Origin: Camelus dromedarius
Lineage: Eukaryota
Assembly (NCBI RefSeq): GCF_036321535.1
Contig: NC_087437.1
Span: 8,804,001-8,868,000 of the forward strand
Length of the DNA: 64,000 nt
Reading direction: 5' to 3'
Shown here piece after piece: positions 1-12,439 of the stretch (its first letter is position 1; each line of letters begins with the position of its first letter). The translations under genes and the position numbers were made by a program. The notes beneath the pieces were generated by a model that had not been told where the DNA came from, did not search any database, and saw nothing but the letters and a program-made list of their open reading frames with translations.

Positions 1-704
1 AACCTATCAAAGCCAGAAAGATAACAAATTTCCAGATTCAGCTATTTTTGTAGACTGTGAAAGACTTTGTAATAAAAATGAATAAAATACTCTGCCAGCA
101 TCAACTAAAATGAGACAAAAGATAGAGTGTTTGCCAGGCTTGGGACTAAAGTATTTATTCTCCCCTCAGTCTTTTAGAATAGCTGTCTATTGTAACCCAT
201 GCTTGTCTCTTCTATTCTGTGATAAAGTGTCTTTATCAAGTTTGAAGAATAATATACAGGTAAAAGGTGTGGTTTTATAATATAGAAGGTGATCCTGTCT
301 GAGAACTGTAGACTTCTATTTGACTTCCTGAAATTTTTGAATTTGGCTATCTGGGAGTGGCATCTCTGTGTGTGTCTATGTATCAATGTGTGTGTGTTTG
401 TAATTGTCCTTGCATTCTTTAAAGCATTTTATTTCATTCAGATGTTGGCAGAATTCTGCACAAATTCTTTCACTATTTTATTTCCTTTTTGGGTTTACTT
501 GAATATTTATTGAGCTCCTAGTATGCCGTGGACATTAAAAGTACTAAGATACAAAAATCACAGTCTGGTTGGAGACAGTAGCATGTAAAATGTTACAACA
601 AAACTGAGATGACTCTTCAGAAACTAGAAGGATGTGGGTGAAGGAAAGGTATAGATGAACAGTGAGATGCATGTGAAAGGGTGTTGGAGTGGAAATCTAC
701 AACC

Positions 705-850
705 TCTGTGCTCAAAGTGTGGTCCATGAACTAGCCTGGGTGCATCCAGAAGTTCATTAGAAATGCAGAATCCTGGGCCATACCTTTGAACTCCTGAATT
801 TGAATCAAGATCCCAGCTAATTATTATGCATTAAAGTTTGTGAAGCTCTA
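705..850 (+). mobile_element. MER5A-like hAT-Charlie MITE (degenerate)
   Basis: ctcaaagtgtggtcc...ttagaaatgcagaatcctgggcc...taaagtttgtgaagc resembles the recalled MER5A consensus. Confidence 0.7.
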
Positions 851-1824
851 GTCTACATAAAGGATTTTATTTTATCTGTTAAATATGAGAGAAAGAAGTC
901 TGAGAGAGGAGAAGATTGTGAATAAACTATTGGGGCAAGTGTGGAGAAGAAGATCTCATGTCTAATGGGAAACTGAAAAGTCTATGAAGATTTGTAATAG
1001 ATGCTTTGGGAATGAGAGTATGGCCAAGTAGTGATTTTAAATCTGGCTATTACCAGAAACCATATAAACAGATACTCAGATTCATACCATTTTCCCCAAC
1101 ACTGCATTTCTAGCTAGCTACAGAGTAGAGCTATCTGATCTGGGAGCGGTGATCCTAGACTTGGAACTCACAAATATTTAAGTTGCCATATCAGCTGATT
1201 GATTGATTGATTAACTAAAGATCGATAGCAAGCTCCCATGTCAATACATCTAGAGAAGACGAATGGGGACATACCACATGCATGGGAAGTTACTCTTTGG
1301 AACAAATGTCTGTTTCATCCCATGAACAATCTAGAATTTGCTTTTGAAATAATACAGAGTTTACCACAAGGGAACCATAGCATGAGGGTAGGTTCAGAGT
1401 CAGTGTATAATGTGAAAATTCTGCCTGGTCATGATAATCCTGGGAGGTCCCTTGAACATGCCAGCAGAAGCATCAGTGGCACATTTCAGTTAGTCCTGAA
1501 ATGTGTCTCCTCCCCCAGCATTTAAAACAGGGTATTTTCTTTTGTGATGAACACTCTACGAACTGGTTGGATTGTGTTCAGTGACAATTTTGTATGAAAA
1601 AATAAAGTCTTTTAACTTTTGGGTCACATTCAGCCTGAACCCTTCACCACATCTCCAAAGCCTTCTGGTGCTATTTGCACAAACAAATGCCTGTATGATT
1701 TGATTCCACTCTATGAGCGTTGTGAATCCACCTGAATTACCTCCTTTCCATCCTTCCAGGGAAGAACTCAAAGATACGGTGTCTGTTTATCAGGACGTTG
1801 AAAGAAAGTAACGTATGTTTTAAG

Positions 1825-3370
1825 CAATATTAATTTACATTGCTGGGATGCAATTATCAAACTACAAGATGCACAGATCAAATGCACTGACATACAATCA
1901 TTTTAGATTTCACAATTGAGTACCTTCATGCCACCACCACCCAAAAGAAAAACACATAACATTATCACCTCACTATGTTAAACAATACGTCTTTCCTCTC
2001 ATTTTTGTGAACACCTTTTTGACGTCTATCACCATGGATTCGCTCTGCTTATCCTCGATTTCATAAATGGAATCATATAGTGTGTCTCTTGTGTGTGTGT
2101 GTGTCTCATTTCTTTTGCTTAATATATTTTTGAGGCTTATCCAAGCTGTTTCATGTATAATTAGTTCATTTTTTTTTTCTTTTGTGCAGAGGAGTGGTCC
2201 ATTGTATAAATATATCATGCTTTCCTTATTCTTCTGTTGATGGATATTAGGGTTGTTTCTCATTGGGGGATATCTCTCATTTGGGGCTATTTTTAAAAGC
2301 CTTCTACAAATATTGTTATGTAAATTTTCTGTGAAGATACTTATTTGTTTTCTTATATAAATATTGTGCATGACACTTCCAAATAGATCACCAAAAGAGC
2401 AAGCAGCAAGGTATGAGAATTTCGTTTGCTCACCAATATTAGATGTTGTTGGTCTTTGAAATTTTAGCCACTCTTGTGTATTTGTAATATTTCAACTGAG
2501 GTTTTGCTTTTTAGTTTTTAATGACTAAAGACTTTGATTACCTCTTCAAACATTAGATATTCACACATCTTCATACGTGAAGTGTCTGTTCTGGTCTTTT
2601 GCCTGTTACCTGTTGAGTTGTTTTCTTATTACTGATTCATAGAAATTTGTTGTATGTCTTGATACCATTCTTTTGACAGATATATTTTGCTATTTTTTTC
2701 AATCAATTTATGGTTTACTTATTCATCTTAATAATGGTGTTTTTTTCTAATAGTATAAATATTTCATTTTGGCCAGCTAATCCATCGTCTTTTATAGTTA
2801 GTGGTTTTTGTGTCTTATCAAAAATGTTTTCTACCCCAAGTTCACAGTGATTGTTTCCTATCTTTTGTTCATAATAATTCTACTTTTTTATAAATATGTC
2901 TATGATCAGTCTCAAGTTAATTTTTGTGTAAGAACTGAGATAGGGATCAAGGTTAATTTTTTGCATATTAAATATTCAGCTTTTTTCAGAAACATTTGTT
3001 TGGGGAAATAAAAGAAATAAAAAGAAGGCTTCTCTTTCTCCATTGAATTAACTTCACACTTTGGTTGAAAATTATTTGACTGTAGTAGACTGTGGATCTA
3101 TTTCTGGACCCCTACCTTTGTTTTTTGATCTATTAGTATATCTTTATACCAATAACACACTGTCTTCATTATTGGAGCTCTATAATTAGTCTTAAAATCA
3201 GGCAGTTTAAGTACTCCAACTTGTTCTTTTTCAGAATTGTTCAAGTATTCTAGGGCCTTTGCTTTTCCATATAAAATCAGAGTCAGCTTCTCAAAAAAAA
3301 CCTAATAGAATTTTGATAGGATTTGTGTTGAATCTATTAATCAACTTAGAATATTTAATAAATATTGTTT
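1825..3370 (-). mobile_element. Ancient L1M (MC/MD/ME-type) 3' region
   Basis: Antisense L1 3'UTR/ORF2-end motifs (aaatggaatcatatagtgtg, gtgaagtgtctgttc, tattctagggcctttgcttttccatataaa); the 1973..2371 ORF shows degenerate L1 C-terminal peptide. Confidence 0.75.
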
Positions 3371-3959
3371 AGATCTTCTTTGTGCATAAATGTAAGTTTA
3401 ATTATATAATTAAAGTAAAAAAGTAGAGAGATAAAATTATAGTTAAAAGATGTTTTAATTTTTTGAACAAGAAAAAATACATATTTTTGTCCATTTTTGT
3501 CCTTCTAATGAGAATGATTTTTTTTTTGCAGTAATGTCATAGCCATTGGAATAGGAAACAAATTTATCTTTCTTGTCAAAGATCTTTTAATTTCTGGTAC
3601 TAATGTTCCTTATTGGGGGATTCTAAACCATTTTCTTTATATTTGAAAAAATATACAATTAGAAAAATTTTAATAGTTCATTTGGGATCTTTAATAACAA
3701 TTTTATTGCTAATGGGAGTTACTAATTTTCTTGTTTTTCCACATTGAACATTGTGTAAGCAAGGAAGATACGAAAGAGTCTTGGAGATTTGTTATTCTTT
3801 ATTCTTTGTCAGTGTAGGTTCAGATCAGTAGAATTACATGCTTTTCTTCTCCTTAAGCAATGACTGTGGTTTTTAGTTTTTCCCAGCCTGAACTCCCACA
3901 CTGACTTGTCAGTGGACCGTTTTCTTTCTTGTGCCTGGACCATTGAATCTTGTTAACTT

Positions 3960-4270
3960 GAACTGCTCTTCTCCTAAATCTTCCCGCAGGAAACACCTCA
4001 TTGTTTATCTCTCAGTTCAAATCTGACCTCCTCAGGGATTTCCTCTAGCAACCATATCTAAAATACTCACCTCCATAATTCTCTATCCCAACACCTTCTC
4101 ATTTTCATTATTTAGTTTTTCACTATCTGAACTCACCTCCTTATTGTATGTTTTCTGTCTCTTTCCTTCCATGAGAATGTAATCTCCAAGAGGCAGGAAT
4201 CCCAATATCCTCAGTATGCGTAGCACATCATAGCGAAGGCAATAAATACCTGCTAAATGAATGAATGAAT
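3960..4270 (+). mobile_element. L2 3' end
   Basis: agaatgtaatctccaagaggcagg...caataaatacctgctaaatgaatgaatgaat; (TGAA)n tail typical of L2. Confidence 0.75.
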
Positions 4271-4499
4271 GTTGACATTTAGCATCTTATTTTAGCTTAC
4301 CACCAACATTATATCAAACCATCCAGTCTACCTTTCAAAAGTTCAACTTTGAAAAAAAAAAGCTAATGTTTATAGATGGCTATTTTTATTTGCATTTCTG
4401 GGATTACCGACAATGCAGAACATTTTTTACACATTGAATTCATACTTGTGTGTAAAGTGAAATGGGTCCTGACTTTACAGTAAAAACGACCATAAGTTT

Positions 4500-4675
4500 T
4501 CATTTTATCATTAACTAATTGTTCAAGCTTGCACAGCCATTTAATCTTCCTGAGCCTCACTTTCCTCATGGGTAGATTTTAGGTAACAATACTCACTTGG
4601 CTCATTCCATGAGATTTTTTGTGTGTGTGTGAAGGTGAAATTAGATAATGTATTTATGAGAGCACTTTGTAAATG
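4500..4675 (+). mobile_element. MIR SINE
   Basis: Core ttaatcttcctgagcctcactttcctcatg and 3' part gataatgtatttatgagagcactt. Confidence 0.65.
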
Positions 4676-4874
4676 GAATATGGAAGATCTTATTATTAAA
4701 TTTAATGTACTAATTCATTTTCCTAATGGACCGAAAGAGTTAATTGTTCTTCCAAAATTATCTAATTTATTTTCGGGGTTGGGGAGAATTTCATGCAAGG
4801 TACTAGTAATAGGCAATAATAACTCATTTGTTCCTCTATCGTACCTTTCCTTAGAGGACTCAGAGAGCTTTATT

Positions 4875-5005
4875 CTATCTCATTAATCCTTAACAATGCC
4901 TCTGAATCATTAGGCAGCCTGAGGATAACCACTGGTCTCCTGATTTTTACAGCTGGAGCAAATGAGGCACTGAGAGGTTACGTGACTCTTTCAAAGTCAC
5001 ACAGA
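4875..5005 (-). mobile_element. MIR SINE fragment
   Basis: tttttacagctggagcaaatgaggcactgagaggttacgtgact...aaagtcacacag (antisense core). Confidence 0.55.
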
Positions 5006-5343
5006 GATCCACGAGGCTGCTGTGGAAAGGGGCTTCTGGTTCTGGCAGCATTGTGCCTGTAGCTGACTGTTGTAGACAATGCCTAGTGTGTGTCATTATT
5101 AAGGCCCAGTGGGAGATACAAGGAGGACCATGACAGGTGTACCACCTTCAGTGAGCTTCATTCTTAGAGGGAGAATAAGAACACAAACTGGCCAAGATGG
5201 AACAGAATTGAAATGTCATGAATTTTTTTTAATTTGTTCCGAAGTTTTAATTTGGGTAGATCTCAGTTAAGTCAGAATAGACTCCATAGAAAAGATAACA
5301 TTTTCAATAGATCACTGAAAATGGATAAGATTTGAAAGTGATA

Positions 5344-5420
5344 GAGGGGAGGATATAGTTCAGTGGGAGAGCACATGCTTAGCATGTGAGAAGTCATGGG
5401 TTCAATCCCCAGTACCTCCA

Positions 5421-5464
<44 letters not shown>

Positions 5465-5540
5465 ACAAACAAACAAACAAACCTAATTACCCCCCCCCAA
5501 TAAAAACAAAACGACAACAAAAAAGAAAACGAAAACCTCA
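5344..5540 (+). mobile_element. Camelid tRNA-derived SINE (Vic-1 type)
   Basis: A box tagttcagtgg, B box ggttcaatccc, (TAAA)n, cctaattaccccc and an A-rich tail; TSD gaaagtgata (5334-5343) / gaaagtaata (5541-5550). Confidence 0.9.
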
Positions 5541-5830
5541 GAAAGTAATAAAAGTTGAAAGAAATCATACTGGGTAAATGAAACAGAATGAACAAAACAT
5601 AAGAGAAATCATGGGACTTGTCTGATGAAAAGTAACTTGTCATTCTGAGTAACTGGATATACGCAAATAGCATCCAGCTAGATACAGGCCAAAATCACCT
5701 CAAACATGATCATCTTGGTTATGATTACAACTAGTTACAATAATATTGATTCATGGTCACCATCATCGTTAAAGTCATTTCTATTACCAGCGGTCATCAG
5801 TCATTAGAGGGGGTGGTAAAGAAATCAGGC

Positions 5831-6226
5831 TGCTGCGATACACGGAGGTGTTCGAATACTGCCCCTTCTCTCGTGTTGGAGTACGCTTCTCTACCCAGAC
5901 CTTGGACTTAGGACTCAGCCCTGGAGTTTTCTTTGGCAAGTGGAACATGATCAGATGTAAGCAAAGCTGAAGGTTTGCATGTGCTCACACAGTTTGGCTT
6001 GCCTCTTGCCATAAAGCCCCAATGGTAGCTTTTCTTCTAAGGATGAGAGACACATTTAACAGATCTGGACCCAATGCACAGCCTGAATCAAGGCCAACCG
6101 AACCCCCACCTGAAGAAAAGCTACCCCACCTGACTCACAGGCCTGTGAGTGAGGTAAATAGATGCTTATTTTTCTCGGTTGTTGCACATTGGAGTAATTT
6201 ATTTCACAGTCAGAGCTGACTGATCT
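5831..6226 (+). mobile_element. MaLR solo LTR (MLT1H/I-like)
   Basis: ctttggcaagtggaacatga...gcctgtgagtgag...gctgactgatcta resembles old MLT1 LTRs. Confidence 0.6.
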
Positions 6227-6589
6227 AGCTGGAGCTGCCTATTGGGGGTACACTGTATAAAATCTTACAAGCAGTTCACTGACAGTTAAGCCTATGGATG
6301 TGCTCCCAGGCTCAAAAATGAAACAAAATGTTAATTTGAATGTAGACATATACAGTTTCCTGAGCCATCCCCAAATGATAAGGACAATTATCCCAAAGTG
6401 TTTTGAGCAAGAGAATAACAGAGCTAAGGTTTGACTTTAGTACGAATCCTTTGGCCGAGTGTGTAGGACAGATGCCACACTGGGAATTCAGGCAGGAGAG
6501 AATTGCTGATGCCTAAATGATAGACAGTGATTAACAAGGATGAAAGTAGAAAAAAAAATGACATAAAGAAAATTGCAGGTCAGAAGCTT

Positions 6590-6840
6590 TGCTGGAGTTG
6601 ATGCTATTGGATGTGACAGCTAATGGGACAATGAGGATAATAAGGAAAGTCAAAAGTGACTTGAGCCTTTGAGGCAAGTAGTTGGCTGTAAGACTAGTGA
6701 TGTCATTCTCAGAAATGAAGTCACAGGAGAAGTGGATGATGTGAACGGTGGAGAGATAATGAGTTTTATTTTTAACACGTTGAGTTGGAAGTATAGACAG
6801 GGATTTGAGGAAGTGACATAAGAGGTAAGATCCTGGGCTC
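6590..6840 (-). mobile_element. L2 fragment
   Basis: ggaaagtcaaaagtgacttgag...gataatgagttttatttttaacacgttgagttgga, antisense L2 signature. Confidence 0.5.
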
Positions 6841-7905
6841 CAGTTGCCTGATTGTCAAATGTCTTTAAGTGGAGAGTGTCCTTCATGGCAAGGCAGAACG
6901 AATTGCTCACATATTCTATTTCAAACACTGGAGAGAAGTTTTAAGAAGCAAAATCAATGGACTCCTCCTTGAAGCCAAGAATATTAGATTGAGGGTTTGG
7001 TTTTCATTGAAATGTTATTGCCAGGAACACCAGCAATCTCTTCAAGACTGAAGGAGGAAGGCCTGGTTTGGCCATGCAGGCTGCGTATGGGGGGATGTTC
7101 TAACTGTGGGGTTGATAGAAAAGACGTAACACTCATATACTGCATCACAAAAAACCAACTTTAAAATTACTTTTATACTTAAATATGGAGATGCAATGTT
7201 CTACCCTTCTTACTGGCCACTCGATGATAAAGAATTTTGTAGAGGTTTACTTTCCTGGCCACTCACTTGAGACATTTTCACAAGTGATCATTTACAACCT
7301 ACAGACTTGGTACAAGAGCACAGCTGTTGAGAACACTGGCTTTGGAAGCCACCACTTTGGTTTGAATCTGTGCTCTGCCAGCTACAGCTTGTTGATTCAT
7401 TCATTTAACAAACAGTTGTTGAACTCCTACCGTGTTCCACATATTAGAACAAAAACATACAAAGACCACTGCTTGGGGAGTTGACATCTGAGTAGAGGGA
7501 AACTTTCAACGCATAATAAACATAACAATGAATACACTGCAAAGAATATTAAGAGGTTATGAGTGGTATGGAGAAGAAAAGGACAAACTTGTGAGAGGAC
7601 TGGGAGTTTGGGGGCATTGAGGGACAAATTGCATTATTAAATATGGTAGTCAAGATAGGGCTCATGGAGATGGTGATATCTGAGCAAAGAGTCAAAGGAG
7701 TTTTGATGGAAGAAACAAGCACATAGAAGATTTAGAGCACAGAGCCTAAGGTGGAAATGTGCCAAACATGTCTGTTGAACAGCAGAGAGGCTGGAGTGGA
7801 GGGAGGAATTTGAAGACCAGCAGGAATGAAGTCAGAGAGAAAAGTGGAGGGCCAGTCAGGTAGGGAGTGTAGCTTTTACTCAAAGTGAAAAGGAGAGTCA
7901 TTAGA

Positions 7906-8480
7906 GGATTATTTTTTATTATAGAAGTTTTCAAACACATTGGACAAAGGTATGTGTACGTATCACTGAAACGTTATGCTGTACACTAGAAACTGACACG
8001 TTGTAATCTGACTATACTTCATATACTTCATTAAAAAAAAACCAAAACCAAAAACCAAACAAACAAAAAACACTGGGAGTCACTCAAATGTCCATAAACA
8101 ACAGAATGAATAAAGTAAGGCAGATTCACTCAAAAAATAATTGAAAATATAAATAAATAAAAGTAGCGAGACTAGCACAATTGAGCTTTTTCATCCAGCT
8201 AAAATGTCTATTGATAAATGGCCAGTTTTATTTCATCCATATCCCTGCTCAGACCCTCAAACTCTGATTATTTTAAAGCAGATTCAAGATATGTCATTTG
8301 ACTTGTAAATATTTTAGTAATATCCTGAAGAGATAAGGCCTTCATTGTCTGAAGCATCACCACAAAACCATTACTACACCTAAAGATGAAGATCACGATG
8401 TTACCAAATGTCCTACCAGTGTTCATATTCTCCTTAACTATTTTAGAGACTTTTTTATTGTTATTATCTGTGTGAATTAG
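7906..8480 (-). mobile_element. L1MC4/5-like 3' end nested in L2
   Basis: ttttttattatagaagttttcaaacacat...aaagtagcgagactag...gattattttaaagcagattcaagat...ccattactacacctaaa. Confidence 0.65.
7941..8070 (+). mobile_element. Lineage L1 3' terminus with A-rich tail
   Basis: gctgtacactagaaactgacacgttgtaatctgactatacttca followed by an A-rich tail; homologous to other L1 3' ends in this window. Confidence 0.75.
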
Positions 8481-8680
8481 ACATTTGAGACATTGAGAGG
8501 TTTTGGAAACAGTATGGCTGGTGTAGTAAGAATAGCCTATGGGCTAGCCAGGAAAGAGGCAGAAAGTATGGTCAGAAGCTTTTGTAGTCCTTTAGGAGAG
8601 AAGTAATGGGGTCTCAAACCAGGATGGTAGCTGTGGAGGTGATCATACACAGTTTTGATTTCTAAATACATTTTAAAATT

Positions 8681-8953
8681 AGCCAAGACATGGGAGCAAC
8701 CTAAATTCCATCGACAGATGACTGGATAAAGAAGTTGTGGTATGTATATACAGTGGAATACTACTCAGCCATAAAAAAGAATAAAAATAATGCCACTTGC
8801 AGCAACATGGATAGACCTGGAGATTGTCATCCTAAATGAAGTAAGCCATAAAGATAAAGAAAAATACCATAGGATACTGCTCATACGTGGAATTTAAAAA
8901 AAAAAAAAAGGAGGACACTAATAAACTCATCTAGAAAACAGACTCACAGACAT
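8681..8953 (+). mobile_element. Lineage L1 ORF2-end/3'UTR fragment, no tail
   Basis: agccaagacatgggagcaacctaaa...ggaatactactcagccataaaaaaga...gcagcaacatggatagacctggag. Confidence 0.85.
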
Positions 8954-10099
8954 TGTATTGAACTGATAAGAGATGAAAACTAGAACAGCCTGCAAAGGCA
9001 CAGGATCAATTTCTCTAAAATTCATGAAAATGAAGAAGAGGGTGTAACACAATTCTGGGCCCTAGTATGGGAATTCAGTTCAGTCCAGCAAAAACTGTAA
9101 GAGCCAGAAGGAGATGAGCTGACTCTGGGCCGATTAAGTAGAAAGTTCAGCATGGGGTAAGTGCTCAGTAAGTGGTGGTATGCACTGTGGCAGAATAGAA
9201 CCATTTCCCCCCTCAAAATGTCTACATACCAAGGTGTTGAGAGCAGCTGTCTCCTGATCTGTGGCAATGTGCTTGCTTGTTTTTTTTATATTTTTTGTGA
9301 TTGTATTTTTTATTTTTGTGAAATAAGGCCATGTTACCTTTGTAATAAGAAAAATAATTTTGGAGACTGTATTGGAAGAGAAATAAAAGTTTGACAGATA
9401 GAACTTCCTGGCCCCTGTGAAGCCAATCTGAAAGTGAGAATAAATCTATGCCTGAAATGTGGCTGGTGAAATCACCTTGAAGGAAGTTTTCTCACATGAA
9501 TGAGACTCCCAAAGCCTTTCGGGTGCCGTGGTACCACCAGCACTAATGATGTCACAGAGTCAGGGGTCCTGCTGCTTTCTGTTTGCACCTAGTTCTAAGG
9601 AAATATGTGCATTTGTAAATACAGTCACAACTTCTTTTTGTGTATTTCAACAATCTTAATTTTGATTTATGAATTTTTAAAAACTTACCACCTACATGCA
9701 AATTTCCCTTTCAGGGAACGGGTTAATAGAAGTAAACAACTTGAAAAATCCTTTCAAGAAGCTTCTGAAATATATTATTTATAAAGGCAATCCTTGAAGA
9801 GATCATTCAATTAAATTTTTTAAAATTTGCATTGAACTGTGTTGAGTGCAGGGAATCTAGAATTGAATAAGACACAAGGGCTGTCTCCTACCAGGGGAAA
9901 AAGACATGGAAACAAATAAGTGACAGTGTGACAAATGAGGTGACAGAAGCCCAGAAAAGTTACCTGGAAGGGCGAGGGTAAGAGTGATTCATTTTATCTG
10001 AAAGTTGAGAAAAAAATTTCTAAAGTCGGGGGGGGGGGGTTGGTCTGTGAACTGAGGACTCAAAGAAGATCTGCAGCATCCAACATAGAGAAACTTTCT

Positions 10100-10355
10100 T
10101 ATTCTTTTTTTAATTGAAGTATAGTCAGTTACTGTGTGTCAATTTCTGGTGTACAGCACAATGTTTCAGACATGTATATATATTTTTATTTTATATTCAT
10201 TTTCATTATAGGTTACTATTAAGATATTAAATATAGTTCCCTGTGCTCTACAGAAAAAGATTGTTTTTTTACCTATTTTATATATAGTAGTTAATATTTG
10301 CAAATCTCAGACTTCCAATTTATCCCTTCCCACCCTCTTCCCCCACCCCCTGGTG
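10100..10355 (-). mobile_element. 5'-truncated lineage L1 3'UTR
   Basis: ttttttaattgaagtatagtcagttac...; TSD gagaaactttct (10088-10099) / gaaaaactttct (10356-10367). Confidence 0.85.
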
Positions 10356-11264
10356 GAAAAACTTTCTGAATAAGGAATCACACTTGGTACTTGATGGGCA
10401 GTGTCAGAGCGAGTAGGGTGCCAGCATGGGAGATGAGTAAGAGTAAGGGAGGGGGAACTCAAGACCCTTGTGTGTTTACACTAAGGATCCTGACGAGATG
10501 CCTTTGGTAGCAGGGAGAGAAATGGTGAAGAAGATCATCGAGGGGACAGCATATTATGTGAACAGAGGAAGATAAGTTATGAAACAGGATGACAACCACC
10601 CATTAAACCCCTCTAACCGAAGCACTCACATAGGCACATATGCTCCGCTATGGAGACAGAGAGCATGCAGAGTTTGAGTAACTTTCAAGAGATGACAGAG
10701 CTGGACACAAACGAGAGAAGATACAGGGAAATCTGTATTTTGGAACAGGGGACTGGAACAAATGGTGAAGCACTGGGGGATTCTGGAGAAGAGAAGATGT
10801 CCTAGAGGGCAAGTAATGTAAGATGGTGAAAACCCTCAAAGCTTAAACACGGGGGTTATGGAAGGAGGTAACAGGGCGTCTGGCATGATGGATTCAGTGG
10901 GGTTTAAGAATTTAAAAAGACTCTTCAGACATCAATTCATAATGTTCTTAGGTTCTTTATAAATCAGAGAGGCCAGAAAGGAGTATCACAGGTAAAAACC
11001 AAAAAGGATTCACTGGCTTTAAATGGATGAATGCCATCAAAGTTTCTTCAAAGATTCAGCTCCACAGACAATTTTCTGAGTTCCTATTGTAAGTTGGAAA
11101 CCGTTCACTGTGGTGGTGCCTGGAATACAACTTTGTGTAAGGCATTGTACTTCGTCTTAAGAAACTTATATTCTCCTTTGGTTATCAGATCTATAAGCAG
11201 TTCCACTGATAAAACATTCTCAGTGACAAGACATATATAGAAAAAATATATATCCCAAACTCCG

Positions 11265-11520
11265 TGGAGCTGACTAATTCAGTTAGCATAGTATACTAAT
11301 CAGGTTGTAGCCATGGATTTCATCATTGTTCTGTAAATTAGCTTAACTGGGTCTCATGACCAGAATGCATGCCTCTAATTCAAACTAATATCCTGACTTT
11401 ACCTGTGGGAAAAGATGGGGAATGTGAGAGGAGAGTGGCTAAAATCACATGTACCTGTCTTCATTACTAGAAACGAAATTTAAAGCAAATATATGGTTGG
11501 CGGATAATGGATGGCGATAT
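11265..11520 (+). mobile_element. Possible ancient tRNA-headed SINE (MamSINE1-like)
   Basis: Highly degenerate tRNA-Ile-like head (attcagttagcatagtatactaat) and a body resembling recalled MamSINE1 (cattactagaaacgaaatttaaagca). Confidence 0.35.
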
Positions 11521-11532
11521 TGGTTGGGGAGC

Positions 11533-11728
11533 TAATAGCCATCATTTATGGAGTGCTGATCTACGCTTTTTTACGTGTATTTTCTCATTTAATTCTTATC
11601 TAGCCTTACAGAACTCTACAACGTTAACTGCACATTGTCACAATTAACCCATGACAGAGGCTGGATTTGAACCCAAGAAGTTTGGTTCTAGACAGTTTAT
11701 TCTTATCCGATACACTACCTTGCCTCTC
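11533..11728 (-). mobile_element. MIR SINE
   Basis: catttatggagtgct...ctcatttaattctta...gctggatttgaacccaag...tacactaccttgcctc. Confidence 0.7.
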
Positions 11729-12039
11729 AAAAAATCATAAAAACACTATGTTATAAAAGAATATTTAGGATGAAAGAACAGAGGTGATGAATAAAAAATA
11801 AGGCACAGTGGCTTTTGGATGGGGGAATTATTATCTCATGTGCTAGTAGGTCTCATTGGTTGTTTCAGATTGCTAACGGACCCCTTCCCAGCTTGGATGC
11901 ACAGCCTAAACATACATGAACCACTGTGTTGTGGGATTCTAGCACTTGGCAGGTTCTCGTTCTACTTTTAAGACCATGCTGGGGATGTTCCTGTGAGGAA
12001 CAGAAGGGAGGCACTAAACCCCCTGCCCCATGTCTACGC

Positions 12040-12227
12040 CATTGGTTCTCAAACTTTATGTCATCAGAAACACCTGGAGGGCCCGTGCAAAACACATGTT
12101 TCTGGTCCCCCCCCCCCCAGAGTTTCTGATAGCGCAGGTCTTCATCAGAACCTTCTCCTGCATTTCCTTCCAGGTTCCAGTTGACGCAGACGCCACTGGT
12201 CCAGGGACCGCGCTTTGAGAACCAGTG
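12040..12227 (-). mobile_element. MER5A hAT-Charlie MITE, full length
   Basis: Terminal inverted repeats cattggttctcaaa / tttgagaaccagtg; internal cacctggagggc...ccagggaccgcgcttt. Confidence 0.85.
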
Positions 12228-12439
12228 TTCTCTGCTGTCCTTGTGCCTGTTTTAGGCTGAAAAAAGGGTGTAAGGAGGCATCCCGGTCTCACCGGGTCCT
12301 GGCAGCAGTTTGATCCACAGAACTTAGCAATACCTTTGGCCATCTCAGCCCTCACTTCACAACTAGGGCACCTGCAGGGAGAGCATCCCAGAGACCCGCA
12401 CTCACCTGCCCTCCATCGCACGGAATAAGACTCATGCCC

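Larger units (their letters stand above)
7393..8688 (-). mobile_element. L2 (7393-7905 and 8490-8688), interrupted by L1 insertions
   Basis: Begins tgattcattcatttaacaaacagttgttgaactcctac (antisense L2 tail) and continues colinearly after the nested inserts. Confidence 0.7.
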
